Of a stretch of DNA of 54,109 nt, positions 1-9,766 are shown piece after piece. The position numbers were made by a program, and so were the translations under genes. Under the pieces are notes generated by a model. The model did no database searches and was not told the DNA's origin. It saw only the letters and a list, made by a program, of their open reading frames with translations. The DNA is taken from the IMG/VR virus record IMGVR_UViG_2937142334_000003, one strand, 5' to 3'. This stretch comes from a virus (lineage: Duplodnaviria; Heunggongvirae; Uroviricota; Caudoviricetes). Positions within the stretch are counted from its first letter, which is position 1, and each line of letters starts with the position of its first letter.

Positions 1-923
1 ATATTTCCGCACTTATTATGTCTCATTCGTATTTTTGTTTGAGCTGTGACATATTCTCCTAAAACGGTATATGATTCTTCTTCTAACTCATAAACTTCTC
101 TTCGGAATATTTCAGTATTCTTTTTTAAGACCCCAGAGCATTTCGGACACCTGGCTCCCCTTAAAAAGGAATATGGTTTTATTCCCCACTGGTAACCACA
201 AACATTATGTCGCATCATAATCTTATTTTGCGACCTTGTATAGGCTGTCATCACCACATATTCATCACCGACCAAATTCTTAACCTCTTTGCGGAAATAA
301 TCAGTGTCTTTATTTTGAATATTATGTTGACACTTGGGACATCTCACATCACGATGGATGAAATTCGCTGGTCTTATTTTCCATTCATACTGGCAGTAAT
401 TATGACGACATAAAATTGGTGTATGTGCTCCTTTATATTCACCAACAAAGATGTACTCATCTCCAACTAATTTCTTTATTTCTTCATCAAAATCTTGTTG
501 TGATATACACTCATTTTTACGGATGCAAGTGCTACTTGGGCATCGCTTGCCCGATAAAAAGGAATATGGTTTAATCTCCCAAATATTTCCGCACTTATTA
601 TGTCTCATTCGTATTTTTGTTTGAGCTGTGACATATTTATCAAGAGGTGTATACTCATTACCTACAAGATTCTTCACTTCGTATAGAAATTCTTCGTTGG
701 TTTTCTTTGTGTTTCGTCCTAGATTTTGATTCCTACAGTTTGGGCATGTACCATTTTTACTTCTTAGAACACTTTTTGGTGTATTTTCATAGGTAGTCCC
801 ACATTTATGCCAAAATCGGATTTTAGTTGTTTTATTAACGTATGGGCTCAGTCGTTTAACGTCTCCGGCAAAATGTTGTTGTAGTTCTAGATCAAACTCT
901 TCATTGGTTTTTCTTCTACTCAT
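1..923 (-). CDS. Zn-ribbon repeat protein (about 5 tandem 60-65 aa repeats), probable free-standing homing-endonuclease-like protein; 3' end runs off the window
   Basis: Hand translation from ATG at 923 (RBS AGAGG): MSRRKTNEEF...HKCGTTYE..CPNC...RHNKCGNIWEIKPYSFLSGKRCP...RHNVCGYQWGIKPYSFLRGARCPKC, open to position 1. Missing from the ORF track because no stop lies in the window. Confidence 0.7.
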   Translation of the reverse strand, partial: MSRRKTNEEFDLELQQHFAGDVKRLSPYVNKTTKIRFWHKCGTTYENTPKSVLRSKNGTCPNCRNQNLGRNTKKTNEEFLYEVKNLVGNEYTPLDKYVTAQTKIRMRHNKCGNIWEIKPYSFLSGKRCPSSTCIRKNECISQQDFDEEIKKLVGDEYIFVGEYKGAHTPILCRHNYCQYEWKIRPANFIHRDVRCPKCQHNIQNKDTDYFRKEVKNLVGDEYVVMTAYTRSQNKIMMRHNVCGYQWGIKPYSFLRGARCPKCSGVLKKNTEIFRREVYELEEESYTVLGEYVTAQTKIRMRHNKCGN

Positions 924-1006
924 TAATACCTCTCTTTCTCGTTTCAACAATAATGATCATATCATGGACGTGCTTATTTTCGGGCCTTTTTAACAAATTT
1001 CTGAGA

Positions 1007-1678
1007 TTATTTCCAATAAGTAATCCGAATCTTAGGCTTTTTCCAACCATCTGCTGATCCCGCATACCATAAGTATCTGACTCCCGCTGTATCACCAGCT
1101 CGACACGTAATTCCTTTAACACTACCGTCTCTAAAGTTATCTCCAACCCAATTTGGAAGGGTTATCCATTGTCCCTGATCTCTTCTGCTATACCATGCGC
1201 GAGCAACTCCAAAATTGGTTTCAGAATACTTAGATTGCCACCCCGGTGCATTGTGGAGGCCGAACACTCCTTGTCCACCGTTATAATTCATAGAATGAAG
1301 ACAATGCATATAAATTTCGACTTTATCTATTTTGGCTCCTCGAAGTGTATTTTGAATATTACCCCAGTCAAAGTAGATTTGAGCGCTTTCATCGCCCCAA
1401 TCATAGGAGTCATGATACGGACGGTAACAGCCTTGTGTTGGACGATCTGGTCTAACTAAAGCCGACCATCCTTTAGCAGCTCCCCATGACCAGAACGACT
1501 GTACACCGGTACATTCCCAGGTCGTAATTTTACGCTCCTCCAGTAGGTTCAACCATTCATGACCATTCCAAATTCTTGCACGTGGTGGAATCCATGTATG
1601 TCCATTGGAAATGCGAACATTGCCACCACCAAGTTTAATCCACTCTCCGTTGGCTCCTCTATATTTTACAAATGGCAT
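1007..1678 (-). CDS. Putative tail tip / receptor-binding-associated protein
   Basis: 223-aa Trp/Gly-rich ORF directly after a tail fibre gene; short N-terminal 'VKYRGANGEW...ARIWNGHEW' segment typical of fibre-associated proteins. Confidence 0.55.
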   Translation of the reverse strand: MPFVKYRGANGEWIKLGGGNVRISNGHTWIPPRARIWNGHEWLNLLEERKITTWECTGVQSFWSWGAAKGWSALVRPDRPTQGCYRPYHDSYDWGDESAQIYFDWGNIQNTLRGAKIDKVEIYMHCLHSMNYNGGQGVFGLHNAPGWQSKYSETNFGVARAWYSRRDQGQWITLPNWVGDNFRDGSVKGITCRAGDTAGVRYLWYAGSADGWKKPKIRITYWK

Positions 1679-1691
1679 TTATAATCACCCC

Positions 1692-3047
1692 CTAAATACC
1701 AATCCAAACTGATCCTACGGGAATATCTCCGCTGGGCTGTTCGTCTTGCATAAATAATCTTCTATTATGATCACCGATGTAAGGAGAATGATTAAGCTTA
1801 ACCGCTTCATGATTTGCTCCAACAGCAAATTGAGCAACAACTTCAGAAGTATTCCAATTCCCAACTGCTAAAGAACCTTGATCCCAAGTTGGCTTAAAGA
1901 ATCCTACCCCTTTATCAAAGTTTCCGGTCTTTTCATCATATGTCTGGAAATTGAGTTGAGGTTCGTTAGCCCTAATCCAATGACCGCCTCCATATTGGAC
2001 AAAATTTCGATCTTGGTTAAAGGTAAATGGTGGTAATTTATACTCTTTGCCACCTGTTTGAATATGAACATCACCAATATCGGTTGCAACAACTTTAGCA
2101 GTCCAATTATTATTCTTATCAAAAACCAATCCTGTTTCTGTATTTTCGCCATCTTTAATATTGAAATGAATATTCCGTTTGTCCATTCGAAGACCGCTAT
2201 ACTTAGTATCATCGCTATTAATCTTTAAGAAACCTGAGCTGTCAATCCCATCAAGTTTATCAGCATCTAACCCCGATCCACTACCTACATTGGCTTCAGT
2301 AAATATCTTTTTACCATTAAAAGTAGGATTATCATTACCCCAAAAATGTAAGTTAGTGTCTGCATCTCCAATATGGATATTATTATTGTCGTCAATAGAG
2401 GCTAAATTGTAGTCATGACCATTCTTACCTCGAAGTTTGTATTTCGCTCCAAACTTAATTGAAAGATCACCATTAACCGTATCTCCCCACTTGAACAAAT
2501 ATCTATTGTCACTATCTTTTTTTAAGCTTTCCAACCCACTTTGTGAGTTGTCAGATACATTATTTATTTTGGAATTTAACTCATTAATTGCCCCAGTCAT
2601 ATTCTTTGAATCTGTTTGGAGTTTTGAAATATCACCAAGAATATTGTTAATATTCGTAATGGTATTTCGCAAATCAACACCGCCAGATCCCCATCCAGAC
2701 TGATTACTTCGTGAGACAGTATTTTCTAAAATTACTCCGTTAGGACTTATTACTTTATAGAAAGTCAATTCTGGATTGTTCTGATCACCAATTGATGTAA
2801 CTGTCAGAATAGATTCCTTATCTCCTGGAATGTTTCCGGGCAAACCTCCTACTCCTTTAATTCGGTACACCCCAGTATGTTTTATGTCTCTATAATCACC
2901 GCTTGTGATTAGCTTTCCCTCAAAGCCTAATTCTCTAAAAGTTCCAATTTCATTATTATTTGAATCTAGGACTCTAAGAGCCTTGTCGTCCGTTACGAAA
3001 TGATATTCATCATCTGCAACTAAATATTTTGCTCTTTTTACAGCCAT
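1692..3047 (-). CDS. Tail fibre protein
   Basis: 451 aa; knob-like segment (DIKHTGVYRI), coiled coil, GSGLDADKLDG fibre motif, C-terminal 'QPSGDIPVGSVWI' motif. Confidence 0.7.
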   Translation of the reverse strand: MAVKRAKYLVADDEYHFVTDDKALRVLDSNNNEIGTFRELGFEGKLITSGDYRDIKHTGVYRIKGVGGLPGNIPGDKESILTVTSIGDQNNPELTFYKVISPNGVILENTVSRSNQSGWGSGGVDLRNTITNINNILGDISKLQTDSKNMTGAINELNSKINNVSDNSQSGLESLKKDSDNRYLFKWGDTVNGDLSIKFGAKYKLRGKNGHDYNLASIDDNNNIHIGDADTNLHFWGNDNPTFNGKKIFTEANVGSGSGLDADKLDGIDSSGFLKINSDDTKYSGLRMDKRNIHFNIKDGENTETGLVFDKNNNWTAKVVATDIGDVHIQTGGKEYKLPPFTFNQDRNFVQYGGGHWIRANEPQLNFQTYDEKTGNFDKGVGFFKPTWDQGSLAVGNWNTSEVVAQFAVGANHEAVKLNHSPYIGDHNRRLFMQDEQPSGDIPVGSVWIGI

Positions 3048-3061
3048 TTAATACCCTCTCT

Positions 3062-3451
3062 CTACTCTAGCGTTAATGTATTATCGGTTAAATTTCCACT
3101 ATCATCTGCAAATTTAGTAACGCCACCAGTTAACTTATCTTTATCTTCATCGTTAACAACCAATGTTTTCTTTCTTGTTGATCCAGAAGATCCAGTGACA
3201 ATTAGCTCAGCACCATTCCCATACATATCGCAAATTTGAACTATATCGTCTTTACTTACCCAATCATGTAAGTGTTCTGGTAATGTACATGTTTTTTCAG
3301 TGTCATTCACTCTAACAATACATTTATATCCGGCAGGGTCTTCCACCACAACACCAGTTTGAAATTGAGGTCCTGAATTACGTTGTGCTTCATGCTGAGC
3401 TATTGTTCGCATGGCTTCTAATAATCCTTTTTGTTGTTCGCTAACTTCCAT
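3062..3451 (-). CDS. Hypothetical tail/baseplate protein
   Basis: ORF in tail operon; start moved to the ATG at 3451 (MEVSEQQ) behind GGGGTGG RBS. Confidence 0.55.
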   Translation of the reverse strand: MEVSEQQKGLLEAMRTIAQHEAQRNSGPQFQTGVVVEDPAGYKCIVRVNDTEKTCTLPEHLHDWVSKDDIVQICDMYGNGAELIVTGSSGSTRKKTLVVNDEDKDKLTGGVTKFADDSGNLTDNTLTLE

Positions 3452-3461
3452 TCTTCCACCC

Positions 3462-4196
3462 CTAATCAACTATTTGAATTCGATGAATATCTGGATGAAA
3501 TTTATAGTTAGCATATTCTTTAGGAACAACAATTAAATTATGATATGGGAACCAATAATCACTTGCAGCACCTATAGTTGGCTTTTGACCTTGATTATCT
3601 TTTTTAGCAATAAATACTAAATCTAACGGGCGCCAACTTTGACCTTCACGAACGGACACGGCATCACCAGCCTTATAGCTAGTAGCTCCATTCCATTCAC
3701 CCTTAAAAATAGCATTTAATCCTATATCACCCTTGTCACCCTTACTAGATGCTCTTCTATAATGATCGGAATCATTATCTGGTGTATGTTGCCTATCCGC
3801 TACCACATCTTTTGTAACAATATATAGCGCACCTTGATATGTTATAAGATTATGTTTCTTAAACTTCTTCGTTGCGTCCCATTCACCTACATAATCAAAA
3901 TCGTTAACGTAGGTATCCCATTCTTTCTGCTTTTCAAGAATATACTTTCTTACATTCCCATCAAAGAATGTCTCAATTTCTACAATTGCGTCCTGAAGTT
4001 TATTCATGGTTTCAGGTGTAATCATATAATCTTGTAGTTGGGCACTTAATGCGGAAATTTGATTTTGTTCATCATTTGTTAGTGTTGTCTTTTGTTTTAA
4101 TCTCTGCAATTCTAGTGCATTTGCAACTTGATTTGCCGGAAGATCAAATAATTCTCTAAATACATCTATCTTTTGCGGAAAAGTAGATCTCGACAT
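3462..4196 (-). CDS. Tail/baseplate protein with carbohydrate-binding-like W..Y..GD.V repeats
   Basis: 244 aa; GEWDATKKF..NLITY and GEWNGATSYKAGDAV motifs, short GDKGD collagen-like linker. Confidence 0.55.
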   Translation of the reverse strand: MSRSTFPQKIDVFRELFDLPANQVANALELQRLKQKTTLTNDEQNQISALSAQLQDYMITPETMNKLQDAIVEIETFFDGNVRKYILEKQKEWDTYVNDFDYVGEWDATKKFKKHNLITYQGALYIVTKDVVADRQHTPDNDSDHYRRASSKGDKGDIGLNAIFKGEWNGATSYKAGDAVSVREGQSWRPLDLVFIAKKDNQGQKPTIGAASDYWFPYHNLIVVPKEYANYKFHPDIHRIQIVD

Positions 4197-4243
4197 TTAA
4201 TACAACTTCCTCTCATATGTATTAATGTCCTCCTCAATAAAAT

Positions 4244-6340
4244 CTACTCGTCGAACTTAATTTTAAATCCTAATGAATCAGTTGTTGCCGTCTGATTGTT
4301 AAACACATCTTCTGGACTAAGTGGCCTGTCATATAGATTAAGCATATGATTTCCACCAATAGAACATGTGTCTACATCTGTAGGATCATTTAAGAAATCC
4401 CAAATTGGCATCTTTTGCATTTCATCAATTACCTTATCGAAGATTTGACCTGCCGATTCAGTAATAGGTAATGCTTTGTATAGAAAGTTCAAATTTAAGT
4501 TACTTTCTTTTTCTAGTCGCTGAAACATGTCATGAATACCTTTTAAGTCTCCAGCCAAATAATACATAGCACAAGCAATAAGATACGCAGCTACATAGTC
4601 ATCTGATGTACTCTCCCATGTTCCGTTTAGCTGGTTTCTAGCTCGCTTAATTAATGCTTGCTTCTTAGCTTCCCTGCTTTCAAATCCCGTTATCGTTACA
4701 TAACGATCTTTTCCACCATGAAGTAATTCTGCAAATCCTTCTTTGAACCACACAGGCATATCCATCGTCTTAACAGCACCATAGAAATCATTACAAACTG
4801 CATGAAACATTTCATGTCCGAGTACACGATCTGCATAATCACCTTTAGATCTACCAACGTCACCATTTTCATCCTTAAGATTAAGCTTTTCAAAATCTCG
4901 AAGGTCGATTTCTAGTGTTTGATTTCTGGAAGTGTTATATGCGGTTGTCTCTGCTTGCCAACCACCTTCTTCGTCAACAACAAATCGGATACTCAAGTAA
5001 TTCTTTCCATCGGCGGAAATACCATATGCATCTTTAATTCTTTCTTCGGGAAGTGACAGCCATCCTAATTTATTGATACCATTCTTGATAGCTGCAACAA
5101 TTGGCATATCTGCCTCACCATAATCTGGCTTAACAAAGTACATTTTATGAGCATCAATTGACATGATCCCATCGACATCTAAGTCAATTTGGATAGTATC
5201 AATCATATATTGATATACTTTTTTTGTTACAGGATTGGTGACCAGAATAACATCATTAGGTTGTAAGAAGTAAACTGGAGCAACATCAATACTTACTTTT
5301 TCTTGAAAATGTGCCGCCTTCCACATTTCATATCGTGCTTGAGACACACACTGTAAATCATTGGTAAGATCACTATTTTGAATAACTTTTGTTCTAGTTC
5401 CGATAGCATCTATATTAAACTCGCTATTTGTATCAGTAATTTTTACTGAACCTTTAGGTGTATAGCCTGTTTTGGTTGATGTGGACCCAATAACAACAAA
5501 TCTGTTCTTAACGTTCTTTAAGTCGTAACTTTCTTGAAATGATAGGGTGAGATCTGCTCTATCTTGTGAAGTTGCATCAAATTCCCATTTAGGCTTAGGA
5601 ATTTCTTCTTCCTTTTGAATGGGCAACTTACGATATTCAAATTGACCAAGAGAATTATAGCCACAGATAAAATCCATGTACATATCACGAAAGTCTTCAA
5701 TGATATCATTGATTGAAGTTCCCGGTTCCTTTTCGTAATCGTACTGAAGGATTTCTTCACCATTACTGGTGTACATATACCCAAAATCTGTTTCTCCCAC
5801 TAATTCCATGATTCCTCTAATAGCATCACTCATAGGTGTTCCACGCTTTATTTTGAGTTTATTTTCTAGCCCTTGGCCGTCCCATAAGGTCATTTTGTCA
5901 GCTAACGTAACTGATATTTCACGTGTTGTTTTATCAAAACGTAGAGAGGATTCGTTAACCCAAAACGTTCCTAGTAAAAAGTTAACTGCCTCCCTGGGGA
6001 AACGAGATAAATCAACAACTCCTTGATAGACTCTAAACTTCTTATCGAACCAAAAAACACTTTTGTTATTTGGCATATATGAAGGATCAACAACCATCTT
6101 CAAAGTTCCCGTTCGTCGTATCAATGAGGTTGCATCATAATTAATAGTTCCACCAGTTGTTTTTCCAGTAATAGTATCAATTATGGAGCCATCATTATCC
6201 AACACTTGAATAGTTGTTTGAAGGTTGCGAATTGGTTGTCGTAAAACACTTGCTGCTCGACCACTTACTTTTTCTTCAAGCCCATTTACAATATTCGATA
6301 ACGTTTCATTGTAATTGGGCTTTTTGTATTTCAGTGGCAT
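4244..6340 (-). CDS. Tail (hub/Tal-like, DUF5048/YomG-like) protein fused to a C-terminal gluzincin metallopeptidase
   Basis: 698 aa; residues 1-410 resemble tail hub proteins; HEMFH (509-513, nt 4802-4816) plus WFKEGFAE (E534). Confidence 0.7.
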   Translation of the reverse strand: MPLKYKKPNYNETLSNIVNGLEEKVSGRAASVLRQPIRNLQTTIQVLDNDGSIIDTITGKTTGGTINYDATSLIRRTGTLKMVVDPSYMPNNKSVFWFDKKFRVYQGVVDLSRFPREAVNFLLGTFWVNESSLRFDKTTREISVTLADKMTLWDGQGLENKLKIKRGTPMSDAIRGIMELVGETDFGYMYTSNGEEILQYDYEKEPGTSINDIIEDFRDMYMDFICGYNSLGQFEYRKLPIQKEEEIPKPKWEFDATSQDRADLTLSFQESYDLKNVKNRFVVIGSTSTKTGYTPKGSVKITDTNSEFNIDAIGTRTKVIQNSDLTNDLQCVSQARYEMWKAAHFQEKVSIDVAPVYFLQPNDVILVTNPVTKKVYQYMIDTIQIDLDVDGIMSIDAHKMYFVKPDYGEADMPIVAAIKNGINKLGWLSLPEERIKDAYGISADGKNYLSIRFVVDEEGGWQAETTAYNTSRNQTLEIDLRDFEKLNLKDENGDVGRSKGDYADRVLGHEMFHAVCNDFYGAVKTMDMPVWFKEGFAELLHGGKDRYVTITGFESREAKKQALIKRARNQLNGTWESTSDDYVAAYLIACAMYYLAGDLKGIHDMFQRLEKESNLNLNFLYKALPITESAGQIFDKVIDEMQKMPIWDFLNDPTDVDTCSIGGNHMLNLYDRPLSPEDVFNNQTATTDSLGFKIKFDE

Positions 6341-6352
6341 ATTTTATCCCTC

Positions 6353-7393
6353 TTACTTCAAATTATCTCGTTCATATAAGAATGAATTTCTATATCTAGT
6401 TCTAGATTGAATAGAACCATCTTCAGCAATATATTCCTGATTCCACTTAATATTCCCATCTTCATCGTATGTGTAGACAGATTTACCTGCATCAGCAATT
6501 AATCCCGCTTTTTCCATGGTGTTGTAATCTAATTTACCTATTTCAGTGAAATCAAATGTTACCGTAGAAATAGCTTCAAGACTTTCATCTTTCGGAGTAG
6601 TTTTAATATTATGTGTTGCACAAACAATAATATCTCCATCTTCACGACGAATTACCTTTGTTTGTCCATCATTAAGGAAGTCAATAACATTAGTTCTATT
6701 AATGTATTCGGCGTGTGGATCAATTTCGTTTTCATAACCAAATTCTTGTTGCGGAGTAAGTGGTAAGAACGAAACTGTACCAGTTCGATAGTTTGCATTT
6801 CCAAACGTCACTATTGGATATTGACCATTAAGCGGCACACTGGTACTCGTGTTAGAATTCCAAACTAAATCCGAGAACTTGAAGTCGATGTTCATTGAAT
6901 AATTCGAACCTAGATTAGAAATAAAGGAGCCATAAAACTTGCTATCAATTGGTGGGCCAACTTGTAAGTCACCTTGAATTTCATTGGCTAATGGAACAAC
7001 TGCATATTCATATGTTTTGCCATTTTCAATGAATCTATCAACTACCGTATAAAGGTTATAATGGTCATCATAATCAAATTGCGCTACTAATTGCCAATCC
7101 GTATTCGTGCTCATGTATTCTCGACGATAACATTGTATTTTGGTGACAATATGACCAGCTCCGTCAATACTCCCAGCTTCAAGAGAATTATTAAACTTAG
7201 CGTCCATAATAGTTTTCAGATTCCATTGAGCTGGTTTGGTTTGTGAATCATCTAAAGTTGTATCCACACTAATAAACATTTCATCATACATTCCAGCCCC
7301 CATCATAACCTCGTCAATCTCAGAGGTTGGAATAGGGGTGTCATAAAATTGTTGGTCAAATCCATAGTTAAAATAATCGACACCTATAATCAA
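6353..7393 (-). CDS. Tail tip / distal tail component
   Basis: 346 aa, TTG start with GAGG RBS; position downstream of tape measure; Ig-like 'YEYAVVP' strand. Confidence 0.55.
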   Translation of the reverse strand: MIIGVDYFNYGFDQQFYDTPIPTSEIDEVMMGAGMYDEMFISVDTTLDDSQTKPAQWNLKTIMDAKFNNSLEAGSIDGAGHIVTKIQCYRREYMSTNTDWQLVAQFDYDDHYNLYTVVDRFIENGKTYEYAVVPLANEIQGDLQVGPPIDSKFYGSFISNLGSNYSMNIDFKFSDLVWNSNTSTSVPLNGQYPIVTFGNANYRTGTVSFLPLTPQQEFGYENEIDPHAEYINRTNVIDFLNDGQTKVIRREDGDIIVCATHNIKTTPKDESLEAISTVTFDFTEIGKLDYNTMEKAGLIADAGKSVYTYDEDGNIKWNQEYIAEDGSIQSRTRYRNSFLYERDNLK

Positions 7394-7411
7394 AAGACCC
7401 TCACCTCTTCA

Positions 7412-9043
7412 CTATTTATATTTTTGTAAATAATCATTGTAAAGCTCTTGAAGACCATCTAATGTCAGCTTAGTATCATTAAAATCAATTACTTCACGTA
7501 AAATAAAACTATATACAAGGCTGTATTGGGTTAGTTTCAATCGACCATCATCAAGCGTCATAGCACCACTTTTAATCTCCGATAAGGTATCATTAATTCT
7601 TTGCTCATATTCGGTACGATAGATTTCATACTTAGCTTCAGACTCACGTTCTGCCTTTGCTAATTCCTTCCAGTAGTTAATCATTTCAGTATTTTCAAAG
7701 TAGTCCCAATATTGGTCGTCAATTTCCATCACTCGATCGCGTAGTTCATTTTGTCCTAAAATACGTGCTCTGGCGTCAGATATTGCTTGCTCTACCTTAG
7801 TGATGTATTGTTGCCAATGTTCATCGTGGATTTGTTGGAGCCTTTGTCTTGCAGCGTTAATTTTTGCTTCTGCTGCGTCTATCATTTGTTGAGTTTCTTT
7901 AGTTATTTCACCGTACTGAGACAATTCTTCTCTGGATAACTCTTCATTCCAATCATCATCTTTGAATGTCTGATCAGGAACTATCTTTATTTCAACTCGA
8001 TATTCCTTAACATATACAAACATATAGAAAGGACGCAGTTTTAAATCCTTAATTACATTAGAACGTGTCCTGGATTTAATCTGTCCAAATTCTTTTTCAC
8101 AGGTAATATAATCATCATGTTTATAGAACTTTATATGCTGTCCTCTATCTTCGGCTGGCGAGAAGTCTAGGAATAATCCATTCTGAACATTCATTACCCA
8201 GAACTTTCCGATCCAGTCACTCGCTTTTGCCATTGCTAACTTGGTATAAATTAAAGGATTTTCTTTTGGCACAAAAACATAGTCATCTTTCCAATACGTA
8301 TAATTGTCAGCATTATCATTCTTCCGTTTAGGAATGTAGGCACGAGCTGACGTTCCCAACAATTGTTTTAGGAAAAGGTCAACAACTATTTGTCCGTCAT
8401 CTTTATTCATTGTTGGCTGAATAATACCCGATACAGATGGCGTGATATATTGAGCGGTAAACTCTTGAAGTTGCTCATAAATAATTCCGTGCTCTGTTAC
8501 TACCTTCAATCCAATGTAATATAATTTACCTTTTTTTATATTTGAAACACGTTCTGAAAATCTTGTTGGAGAATTTCTTTCCGGCTTCCGAATTGGATAT
8601 TTAACTAAAGCAACATGTCTTTGATCGTAAAGAGTATATTGATATGACGTAACAGGCTCATTTTGTGCTTGCGTATAAATAGCCGACATTAATACATCAT
8701 TCGTATAGATAAATTGATGTTGGTCAATCGTATCAAATAGAATTCGTGGTGTTGTATAACACGTAAATTTAATCTCTGGTGACCACTCAGAATAGCCATC
8801 TTTGAGTTTAACGCGAACTTTTGCTAGATATGCCGTGCCATTGTTCAGAGTTGTACCTAGTAAAATGTGGTTTTTATCTAGCGACACTTGATCCTTTTCA
8901 TAGACAGGTTTTGTTCCCGGTCCATCTTCACGAATTGATAATGTATTCGTTGTCGTATGCTCTGCGCCCAAATACGTAAACGTGAATGTATATGAATTCT
9001 TCGCATCGTAATTAGACGCCTGATTTAGTATTGGTTGCGTCAA
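7412..9043 (-). CDS. Distal tail protein-like (YomH-like) with C-terminal coiled-coil extension
   Basis: ORF track 7412..9082; start reassigned to TTG at 9043 (MTQPILNQ) behind AAAGGAG RBS; first structural gene after tape measure. Confidence 0.55.
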   Translation of the reverse strand: MTQPILNQASNYDAKNSYTFTFTYLGAEHTTTNTLSIREDGPGTKPVYEKDQVSLDKNHILLGTTLNNGTAYLAKVRVKLKDGYSEWSPEIKFTCYTTPRILFDTIDQHQFIYTNDVLMSAIYTQAQNEPVTSYQYTLYDQRHVALVKYPIRKPERNSPTRFSERVSNIKKGKLYYIGLKVVTEHGIIYEQLQEFTAQYITPSVSGIIQPTMNKDDGQIVVDLFLKQLLGTSARAYIPKRKNDNADNYTYWKDDYVFVPKENPLIYTKLAMAKASDWIGKFWVMNVQNGLFLDFSPAEDRGQHIKFYKHDDYITCEKEFGQIKSRTRSNVIKDLKLRPFYMFVYVKEYRVEIKIVPDQTFKDDDWNEELSREELSQYGEITKETQQMIDAAEAKINAARQRLQQIHDEHWQQYITKVEQAISDARARILGQNELRDRVMEIDDQYWDYFENTEMINYWKELAKAERESEAKYEIYRTEYEQRINDTLSEIKSGAMTLDDGRLKLTQYSLVYSFILREVIDFNDTKLTLDGLQELYNDYLQKYK

Positions 9044-9080
9044 CCAATTCAGCTCCTTTCTTTTTATTTTTGATATGTAC

Positions 9081-9102
9081 AACCAAGAAGTAAATCTTGG
9101 TT
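9081..9102 (-). terminator. Hairpin after the membrane-protein cassette
   Basis: AACCAAGA-N6-TCTTGGTT perfect 8-bp stem; no clear U-tract. Confidence 0.45.
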
Positions 9103-9127
9103 AAATTAAATATGTTTACGTTATGAA

Positions 9128-9649
9128 TTAGTCTATGTTAACTGATGTAGTTTTATGGATTTCACCTGGCAACTCTTCATTTTTATTGTTGGAATCATAA
9201 CTTCCAATCCAATTCTCACCCTTTTTTATCTGATGTGAGTAACCATCATCAAGATCACCAGTTCCAATAATTAATTTATTCCCATCTTTTACAATATATT
9301 TCTCAGCCCTATCAGAGAATTCCTTATTGTATTTATCTTTATTATTCAATATTTCTTTTACTCGTTTTATTCCACCATTGTGCTGATAGACAGTAACCAC
9401 CTCGTTTCGATGTTCTTGGTTACCGAAAATATAATAGAACGTACCTTCTGTCCAAGGTCCTCTATACGGTTTTTCTCTAAAATGATATTTATAAACCTTG
9501 TTTACTAAAGGATGTTCTGTGTAAAACTGTTGTTGTTCCCTATACTGGTCTATAAAATCTTTTCCACCAGCAATCGCACATATTAGTATAAGAAAACAAA
9601 GAACAGTCATAATTTTATGGTCAATCATAAACTCTTTTATTTTTTTCAC
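9128..9649 (-). CDS. Moron-like membrane-anchored protein (possible superinfection exclusion)
   Basis: GTG at 9649 behind GGAGG; one N-terminal hydrophobic helix (IMTVLCFLILICAIAGG) followed by a soluble domain; inserted between tape measure and distal tail gene. Confidence 0.6.
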   Translation of the reverse strand: MKKIKEFMIDHKIMTVLCFLILICAIAGGKDFIDQYREQQQFYTEHPLVNKVYKYHFREKPYRGPWTEGTFYYIFGNQEHRNEVVTVYQHNGGIKRVKEILNNKDKYNKEFSDRAEKYIVKDGNKLIIGTGDLDDGYSHQIKKGENWIGSYDSNNKNEELPGEIHKTTSVNID

Positions 9650-9738
9650 TTTTAATTCCTCCATAGAACAAATAATGTACCTTTAACATATTCCCATATC
9701 TAATACAGAAAAGGAATAAAAGATTAAAAATTATGTAC

Positions 9739-9759
9739 AACCAAGGTTGTCCCTTGGTT
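9739..9759 (-). terminator. Hairpin after tape measure gene
   Basis: AACCAAGG-N5-CCTTGGTT stem 8 bp downstream of the TMP stop; no clear U-tract. Confidence 0.45.
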
Positions 9760-9766
9760 AGTTTGA

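Noticed and set aside
1-637. Diversity-generating retroelement TR/VR pair (55-bp identical repeat)
   Set aside because: No adenine-specific mismatches, both copies lie within one repeat protein, and no reverse transcriptase is in the window.
916-1146. 76-aa minus-strand ORF
   Set aside because: It overlaps the 223-aa gene in another frame and the start of the repeat-protein gene, with no RBS.
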